Position numbers and translations under genes: made by a program. The notes below the pieces were generated by a model that saw nothing but the letters and a program-made list of their open reading frames with translations, had not been told where the DNA came from and did not search any database. A DNA stretch of 64,000 nucleotides from a virus (taxonomy: Duplodnaviria > Heunggongvirae > Uroviricota > Caudoviricetes), in the IMG/VR virus record IMGVR_UViG_2660238201_000001, positions 3,579-67,578 of that record, one strand, 5' to 3'. Numbering within the stretch: the stretch's first letter is position 1; each line of letters opens with the position of its first letter. Shown here piece by piece: positions 57,705 through 64,000 of this stretch.

Positions 57705-58829
57705 TCACGAATTAAACACTTTTATACCGAGAACCTTGCTCTGCAGCTCCAGCTGCTTAGAGTAGGGTTTTGCGCGATAGTAGGCTTTGAGAATTTGTTC
57801 CTGGGTTGCTTCCCCGGGATCTAGCCCTTCTTCTCCAAGACAGGATATTTTTACATTTAACCCTATACTGGTTAATCGTCTGGCGGCCGCCATTGTGTTG
57901 CGGATCGCTTGCTTCTCGCTATCCCACATCATGATGACGTTTCGCAGACCATCAGCCTTTAACGACAGAAATGCGCCCAGTTGGTCTTCTGCGTCTACAG
58001 TCGTGTTTCCGGACAGATGCATCCCGAACGTGCCAATGGGCTCTACGTAGTCCCGGAGCGTCTCTTCGTCGAATATGGCGCGCTTAACCCCCATGACATC
58101 GAAAGCCCCCTCACAGACGACGACTGTTTGCTTTCCAACTGCGTTATGTCCGTTATAGAGAAACCTCCCGGATGCCGGCAGCTGCATTGGAAAGAGATAT
58201 CGGCGTTCTGCTGCGCCGGTGACGTCACGCCCCTGGAATGTCTTCATCACCCCATTCAGATCGTAAATCGGTATCAGGATGCGCATATCGAATGCCTGCC
58301 CTTTAACCTGATCGGTATATGGGTCGACATAAGCATGTTTTCCCTCGACGCAGTAACGCAGGTCAAAATATTTGGCCAGCTCCGGGGTAATGTTCCGCTC
58401 AACAAGATAGTCCGGCAGCCGACCGTCAATTGGCAGTTCATAATGCCGCGGTAAAGCCACCGGGCCTTCAAGTTCCACAGCACTGGCCAGCACAACCTCT
58501 TCTTTTTTTGGCGCCCAACCTTGAGACAGGAGTGCGTTATGTACGTACTCCTCAAAGGCACGACGAGACTTACCGCTGTAGTGTTTGAGGAAAACCAGCT
58601 TATTAAATTGAATTTCTTCTGGGTGATCGCCGGCGAAGCATTTCCCGACGTTGTTGGTCAGGTTGAAATAGACCTTCCAGTTTGTGCTTCCACATACCGG
58701 ACATTCTTTGATATTCACTTCGCGGCCGCGGGCGCTTACACCGCCGCGACGATAGATGATGCCTTCCATATCCAGCCATTGTTCGAAATCCAGCTCGGAC
58801 AGTAACTCTTTGAGGTCACTCATTGTCAT
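57705..58829 (-). CDS. DNA primase (zinc-ribbon + TOPRIM)
   Basis: CPVCGS...C..H zinc ribbon and TOPRIM motif VVCEGAFDVMG with downstream acidic residues. Confidence 0.75.
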   Translation of the reverse strand: MTMSDLKELLSELDFEQWLDMEGIIYRRGGVSARGREVNIKECPVCGSTNWKVYFNLTNNVGKCFAGDHPEEIQFNKLVFLKHYSGKSRRAFEEYVHNALLSQGWAPKKEEVVLASAVELEGPVALPRHYELPIDGRLPDYLVERNITPELAKYFDLRYCVEGKHAYVDPYTDQVKGQAFDMRILIPIYDLNGVMKTFQGRDVTGAAERRYLFPMQLPASGRFLYNGHNAVGKQTVVVCEGAFDVMGVKRAIFDEETLRDYVEPIGTFGMHLSGNTTVDAEDQLGAFLSLKADGLRNVIMMWDSEKQAIRNTMAAARRLTSIGLNVKISCLGEEGLDPGEATQEQILKAYYRAKPYSKQLELQSKVLGIKVFNS

Positions 58830-58975
58830 TCACCGCAGTTTTTAAAAGGCAATATCTTGATAAGCCTCGGTTTTTGAATACCATAGAGGCTCATGTGTTT
58901 TTCCTTTTGTGATTAAACAAAAGGTAATTTGGAAGGGCGTGGGGCTGTTATCCGTCTTTGCCCCACGCCTATTTT

Positions 58976-60316
58976 TTAAAGAACTTCCATGATCCGCTCG
59001 ATGAAGCGCATCTGTTCGAGGTTCTGCTTAACGCGAATACTCACCCCGCCCTTCTGGTTACGAGAACCAGCAAAATAGAGACGTGCTTCGCCTTTGGCTT
59101 CTTCCTCCTCAGTCTTGTTGATAGTGATGACTAAGTCGGCAATACGGACTTTTTCGATATTGTCCGCGGCGTGCATCATGGTGGCCACTTCGGATGAACC
59201 ACCTTCACGGTTGGTCTGGGATGCCGTGATTCCTGCAACGTTGTGCTTATCGTAGAGAGCACGCAGATCGGTGTAGATAGAGCGGATGTTCGCCCGGTCG
59301 TCACGGAGGTCGTAACTGGCTCGCATCAAGTCCGCATAGTCGACCACCACCATATCCGGGATCATGCCATTCGCTTTCATGCTATTGAGCATACGATCCA
59401 AATCTGCAGGCGACATGCTTCCTGACGGGCGCTCAACCACCCAGAGATTCCCCACCCCTTTCGTCGCGCCAAGCTCCGCGAGTTTCCGGTGAACGTCGTC
59501 ACGCTGCTCTACCAGCTTTGACATCTCCGTTTCAGACAGCCGCGCATCGAAGCGATCGGAGAGAATCGAGGTATGCACTTCGAGAGAAAGATACAAAACG
59601 TTGTAGCCGGCCAGCGTTGCGTTAATGGAGAACTCCCCCATCGCTGTCGATTTACCTGATTTCGCAAAACCCATGAAGAGCACCATCTCACGTTTCGCCC
59701 ACCCTTTTTGATAGAGCATACGATCCAGCAGCGGCAGGCCAGTGGTGATGCTGTTCGGCACGTAATCATCTGAGGCCTCATATTCACGAGCCTTGTAACG
59801 TTCCGCTGCAGAGGCGAAATAGTCATAAATGCCCGTCGCTTCGTTAGAACCGATCTGCTGCACTTTGGCCATGATGGCCATCGCTCCCTGGAAGTCGCCC
59901 TTCTCCTTCATCTCGGCCGCTTTAATCAACGCATCGTCGAACGCTACACTTTTAGCGAACGTCGCGACCTGGTCGACCATGTAAGCCGTATCAGAGAGTT
60001 TTTCCGAGAGCACCCGCTTAAACGCCGCCACAACGTCCGGGAACATCTCTTCTCTGATCGTCTTATCGCGTTTAGCACGCTTCAACATATCTAGGATGGC
60101 CGCCGATGAAGGCGCGCTCTTATACATTCTGAAATAGCCCGATACCATGTTCACCAGTATGGCGTTCGCCGCATTGGAGAATTGGTTGGGGGCAACCAGA
60201 TCGCCGGCACGAGTCAGAAACTCATGATCGCGGCAAAAATACGCCGCCAGACGATTCTGGAAGTCATCGTCGAACTCTTCAGACAACCCTCGTCCCGTGT
60301 GGCAAAGTTCGGTCAT
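58976..60316 (-). CDS. replicative DNA helicase (DnaB family)
   Basis: Walker A GFAKSGKST, H2 VVDYADLM and a DnaB-like N-terminal domain. It is adjacent to the primase. Confidence 0.75.
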   Translation of the reverse strand: MTELCHTGRGLSEEFDDDFQNRLAAYFCRDHEFLTRAGDLVAPNQFSNAANAILVNMVSGYFRMYKSAPSSAAILDMLKRAKRDKTIREEMFPDVVAAFKRVLSEKLSDTAYMVDQVATFAKSVAFDDALIKAAEMKEKGDFQGAMAIMAKVQQIGSNEATGIYDYFASAAERYKAREYEASDDYVPNSITTGLPLLDRMLYQKGWAKREMVLFMGFAKSGKSTAMGEFSINATLAGYNVLYLSLEVHTSILSDRFDARLSETEMSKLVEQRDDVHRKLAELGATKGVGNLWVVERPSGSMSPADLDRMLNSMKANGMIPDMVVVDYADLMRASYDLRDDRANIRSIYTDLRALYDKHNVAGITASQTNREGGSSEVATMMHAADNIEKVRIADLVITINKTEEEEAKGEARLYFAGSRNQKGGVSIRVKQNLEQMRFIERIMEVL

Positions 60317-60380
60317 GTGTTTGTTATCCTTTGGTGCTTAAACAAGTTGTTTTCTAATCGTAAAAATATGGAACAGGCGA

Positions 60381-61106
60381 TCAACACAGTCGCCGTGCTT
60401 CTTCCAGTTCTTCCGGGTAATGGGCATAGATAACGCGCTCAGGCACCAGCTCCATCAACCAGACAGCAGAGAAGATGGTGCGGATACGCTTATCACGGGT
60501 GATGTGCTTCAAACGCTCCAGAACCCATTCAAAGTAACGTTCCTGAATTGGGTCATGCTGCATGTCTCCTAAGTGCTTAAAACTCACTACAGAGTCATCC
60601 AGACGCGTTCCCGCACGATTGGCGAGTTTGCTTTCGAAGATCTCAATCAGTTCTGGCTGCCAGAGATGCTGAGGACGAGGTAATTTATCCCAGAGCCGGC
60701 GCGCAGCTGCAGAAAGAACAGTTGATATAAAATAGTCATAAGAACAGCAATACCGATCTGCAAACTGGCGAGCTTTCCAGAGAGACGTTTTGTTCACCGC
60801 CGAAAGCTCTTGGTAAGGCAGGCGTTTCAGACCAGTGCTGAATGGCGCCGTCTCGAAATGCTCGCGGCCATGAGACAGCATGATCTGTGAGTATGCGCGC
60901 TTATAGGCTTCGGTGAACAGGCAGGTTGCCATCAGCGGGTGCATGTCGCGATAGTCAAACCACTTTGTATCAAAGAGCTCAGCCTCCCCCTGGCATCGTG
61001 AAAGACCGATGTTTTCCGCAACCCACTTGTCCATGGCAGCCGCGTCCCACTCTGTCATAAAGTCGTACTGGCCGTTGTTTATGGTGTCAAAAAAGATCTG
61101 GCTCAT
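60381..61106 (-). CDS. hypothetical protein (241 aa)
   Basis: ORF with a class-2 motif at 60338-60362 and palindromic motif at 61118-61140 upstream. Confidence 0.45.
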   Translation of the reverse strand: MSQIFFDTINNGQYDFMTEWDAAAMDKWVAENIGLSRCQGEAELFDTKWFDYRDMHPLMATCLFTEAYKRAYSQIMLSHGREHFETAPFSTGLKRLPYQELSAVNKTSLWKARQFADRYCCSYDYFISTVLSAAARRLWDKLPRPQHLWQPELIEIFESKLANRAGTRLDDSVVSFKHLGDMQHDPIQERYFEWVLERLKHITRDKRIRTIFSAVWLMELVPERVIYAHYPEELEEARRLC

Positions 61107-61350
61107 GCTCTCACCGATAGGTAACTACTTACTTACTATTTAACAGATCATAGCGACTGGAGACTGTTTTTGGAAGTAGAAGCAGAAGGGAATGTGTCTG
61201 GGAAGAATGCAAAATACCTACTTACGTATAAATAATAAGTTACTTAGTTTTATATACGAAAGCAGGTTCTGAACTTATAACCAATTAGTTTCTAAGAAAT
61301 GCTATAATGCAAAAAGTGTTAACTGTATCTAAACCTCAACATAAGGCGCC

Positions 61351-62136
61351 ATGATGCTATTATATAAATACATACCAGAAGAAAGTCTAAAACTATTTTT
61401 TGATCATGACGCAATCAGCTTTAAATTTACGCCAGTTGGTCATTTCAATGACCCTTTCGAAACATATGGGGTATCGTTGGCATCAGAGGATGTAGACTCG
61501 TTAATGCATTTGACCTTGCGCTCAAAAATAAACTCTGAACTTGCCAGTCTATGTTTATCCGAATCGCCATTAGAAGTTTTAATGTGGTCTCACTACGCAC
61601 AACATCATAGAGGTTACGTAGTAGGCATAGATGCAGATTTAGCAGGTTTTAACGATGACTCTCTTTGTTTAATAACAGCTAATGAGGGAAATATCGACTA
61701 CCGAGAGGAGAGAGAGAAAGCAAGAATCATTGTTTCAGAAAAAGATTTTAAAAACAAAGAGATAATCAAAAAAATATTGTTACGAAAAAGCCTGCACTGG
61801 AAATATGAGAAAGAAGTTAGAGTTGTAATAGAAAGTAAAAAACTGCTCCCCATAGAGAATGAAGAAGAGAAGTTCTATTTATACAAGGCTCCAGGGATTA
61901 ATAGCATTAAAGAGATTTATATCGGCATTAATAATGAGGAGTATGAATTTACCGTTACAGAGAATGAAAATTTAAGAAATGCCATATTGGAAAATAATAT
62001 AAAAATTCAAAAGTGCAATTTCAAAAAGGGAACTTGGGACTTAGATTCGATGGACTACGACATGAAGGATATTACAAACATTGAGTTCAATATACTTGCG
62101 GGGGTAATATCTGCTTTTGAAAAAAATGAAGTATAA
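61351..62136 (+). CDS. AT-rich foreign gene, DUF2971-like protein
   Basis: LYKYIP...FKFTPVGHFNDPFE matches the N-terminal signature I recall for DUF2971. The gene is low in GC, on the plus strand and has its own hairpin terminator at 62140-62170. Confidence 0.45.
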   Translation: MMLLYKYIPEESLKLFFDHDAISFKFTPVGHFNDPFETYGVSLASEDVDSLMHLTLRSKINSELASLCLSESPLEVLMWSHYAQHHRGYVVGIDADLAGFNDDSLCLITANEGNIDYREEREKARIIVSEKDFKNKEIIKKILLRKSLHWKYEKEVRVVIESKKLLPIENEEEKFYLYKAPGINSIKEIYIGINNEEYEFTVTENENLRNAILENNIKIQKCNFKKGTWDLDSMDYDMKDITNIEFNILAGVISAFEKNEV

Positions 62137-62181
62137 AATTAAGCGAGCACAAACCACCGATGCTCGCTTTTCATAGCGATA

Positions 62182-62544
62182 TTAGCCTTTCTTCATCAAC
62201 TCGCGCTTTATTTCGTCAGTACGCATCGTCACATCGGCAGCAGTGATCGCCTCGTTCATCTTGACGATGTCCTCAATCTCTTGCGGGGACTTCTCTGCCA
62301 GATGGAAAATGGCTGCACGTATCACATCAGAACGGGTGAACTTCTCGAAGCGAGGGATGAACTTCATCATCTCCAGTAATTCGAAATACTCGTCTTCAAG
62401 AGACATCGTGCGGCTTTTGATTTTCTCTTTGCCACGTGTTGGACGGCCTTGTGGACGGACAGGCTGGCGCATCGGGGTGCTGCTTTTTGGCGCAGCAGCT
62501 TCTGCAGCCGGACGTTTTGCCAGATCACCCATTTTCATGGACAT
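62182..62544 (-). CDS. small partition partner protein (ParG/ribbon-helix-helix-like)
   Basis: 120-aa product overlapping parA by 1 nt, with a basic N-terminal tail and a C-terminal RHH-like segment SDVIRAAIFHLA. Confidence 0.45.
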   Translation of the reverse strand: MSMKMGDLAKRPAAEAAAPKSSTPMRQPVRPQGRPTRGKEKIKSRTMSLEDEYFELLEMMKFIPRFEKFTRSDVIRAAIFHLAEKSPQEIEDIVKMNEAITAADVTMRTDEIKRELMKKG

Positions 62545-63209
62545 TATTCACCCTCCAAGGTCATTACGTATTCTACTAATGCTTCAATCTCGGCCTCAGC
62601 CTTTTTGTCGCGTTCGGCTCCGGTCATCTCAAATATGGAACGACCCGCCTCTTCGGCATCGTCATAGACGTTGCGGTTGTAAAGATTCACCGGTACCGCC
62701 TCAATGCCAAAGGTTTCGACAATTTCTTTTGCAGCGATAATGCGCGCAGCTTGGGAAGGCAGAGACGGGCACTGGTTCATTACAGCACGGATTTTGATTT
62801 GGTCATTCACGCTGCTAACGCTGTCGACGATGGGGTCGATGTCACGCAAGGATTTCAGATCGCGGCGTTTCGGGCGAAGCGGGATAAGGATCACGTTGGC
62901 CATCAGCATAGCCTGGCGCTGAATTTCGGAGTCGAAACCACCAGCGTCAACGACGACGTAATCGAAACGGCCGCGAAGCGAAGTGATGTGTTTGATGATG
63001 TCATCCTGGACATAGGCGAACGGGATCAGCTCCAGTTCTTCATTGTGCCGGCGGTCTTCACACCATCCTGTCGTGGTGCGCTGGATGTCGATATCAGTGA
63101 TCTGTACTTTCTTTTTCTTTTTGATTTTCAGACAGGCTGCAATTTGCTGTGCAACAGTCGATTTGCCTGGGCCACCCTTGGTGCCGCCCACCACAATGAT
63201 CTGAGTCAT
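62544..63209 (-). CDS. parA: ParA/Soj-type partition ATPase (small type Ib)
   Basis: Deviant Walker A VVGGTKGGPGKSTVA at a ParA-Ib length of 221 aa. Confidence 0.8.
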   Translation of the reverse strand: MTQIIVVGGTKGGPGKSTVAQQIAACLKIKKKKKVQITDIDIQRTTTGWCEDRRHNEELELIPFAYVQDDIIKHITSLRGRFDYVVVDAGGFDSEIQRQAMLMANVILIPLRPKRRDLKSLRDIDPIVDSVSSVNDQIKIRAVMNQCPSLPSQAARIIAAKEIVETFGIEAVPVNLYNRNVYDDAEEAGRSIFEMTGAERDKKAEAEIEALVEYVMTLEGE

Positions 63210-63393
63210 TCGTGATATCCCTACGTGTGATTTATCGTCGTATGAAACAACTTGTTTTCTTATATGCGATATAGCCTAAATGCCTACGGCTGCGGTGTAA
63301 AGGTGAAATGGTAGGTTATGTAGATACAGATAAATAAAAAATGGAGAGAGTGAAAAGCTGTGGCGAGGAGGCGGCACAAAGCCGCCTGTCGAT

Positions 63394-63975
63394 TTACTGT
63401 TCGAACCAGCCGACTGGTGTTCTTGAAGAGCGCGAGATGATTAGAACAATGAACTTTTGTACATTGATCTGCACTTTATTGGGCAACCATGAGCTCAGTT
63501 CGGGGTCGAGCAGTAGGCCACGGTTCCATGGTAAAAAACCAGTGTTCTTACCCATACCATATTCACCCAGCACGTCCTCGAACTTTTCTGTTTTGGCGTT
63601 GTAAATACGGACATCGCCGGTACGCATCAGAGGGCCAGCCCAGATCTTGGCGCCGGGAATGGTTTGGTTGTCATCGCAAACCAAATGCTCGTACCAATGA
63701 AGAAGGAAAAGATAGGTACTGTGGCACAGTCCTCGCTGACGAAGCGCTCTGACAGTTTCAACTCCAGCTACCTGATAACTTTCAACTTCAGTGTCATTTT
63801 CAACAAAGCTATATTCACGCAGAGCTATTCTGCCTGCGATCGAATTTTTGCTATCGTCCAAAAGCCCTGAGCGGAGCAACTCTTTGATGATTTCTTCTTC
63901 AGTAGCACCTTCATCGGCTCGATCTAGGATAAACTCGCTCAGCTGACTCTGGTCATACGCACCTACTCGCTCCAT
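63394..63975 (-). CDS. hypothetical protein (193 aa)
   Basis: ORF. Confidence 0.4.
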   Translation of the reverse strand: MERVGAYDQSQLSEFILDRADEGATEEEIIKELLRSGLLDDSKNSIAGRIALREYSFVENDTEVESYQVAGVETVRALRQRGLCHSTYLFLLHWYEHLVCDDNQTIPGAKIWAGPLMRTGDVRIYNAKTEKFEDVLGEYGMGKNTGFLPWNRGLLLDPELSSWLPNKVQINVQKFIVLIISRSSRTPVGWFEQ

Positions 63976-64000
63976 AGAGACATAAAGGCAAATGTCGTCT

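Overview
The window is dense, mostly minus-strand, phage-like DNA with few gaps. From about 12.1 to 25.1 kb it carries a T4-like DNA-precursor and replication/recombination cluster: class Ia ribonucleotide reductase NrdA/NrdB, a MazG-like pyrophosphatase, thymidylate synthase, DHFR, a P-loop kinase, a DnaQ-like exonuclease, a RuvC-like resolvase and SbcC/SbcD. At 9.8 kb there is RNase H, and from 32.7 to 43.7 kb a RecA-like recombinase with an intein, a flap endonuclease, a gp32-like SSB and a Pol III alpha (DnaE) gene split by an HNH homing endonuclease. From 51.4 to 60.3 kb there are glutaredoxin, PhoH, two tRNAs, a primase and a DnaB-type helicase. Embedded in this phage DNA are plasmid-maintenance modules. 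At 27.6-29.3 kb sits a P1/F-type iteron replicon: tandem DnaA boxes, a GATC-heptamer block, 5 iterons, a rep gene, then 9 more iterons. At 62.2-63.2 kb there is a type Ib ParA plus a small partner partition operon, and at 48.4-49.5 kb a tyrosine recombinase preceded by a near-consensus LexA box. My inference is a phage-plasmid, with gene content reminiscent of the SSU5/pHCM2-like family. That family assignment is from memory and cannot be verified here. Other features: two orphan adenine methyltransferases and a phage-encoded SpoT-type HD (p)ppGpp hydrolase. A conserved promoter/operator-like motif with the palindromic core GTAAGTACTTAC occurs at least 20 times. A second upstream motif family (AAACAAnTTGTTTTCT..CCTTTTCT) occurs about 13 times. 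The two tRNAs are each abutted by 14-16 bp perfect inverted repeats. Two AT-rich plus-strand genes look like foreign cargo: a membrane-anchored 403 aa protein, and a 261 aa protein that I recall resembling DUF2971. These are the best candidates here for undescribed defence or exclusion functions. All coordinates come from the supplied ORF track or manual reading. No database search was possible.
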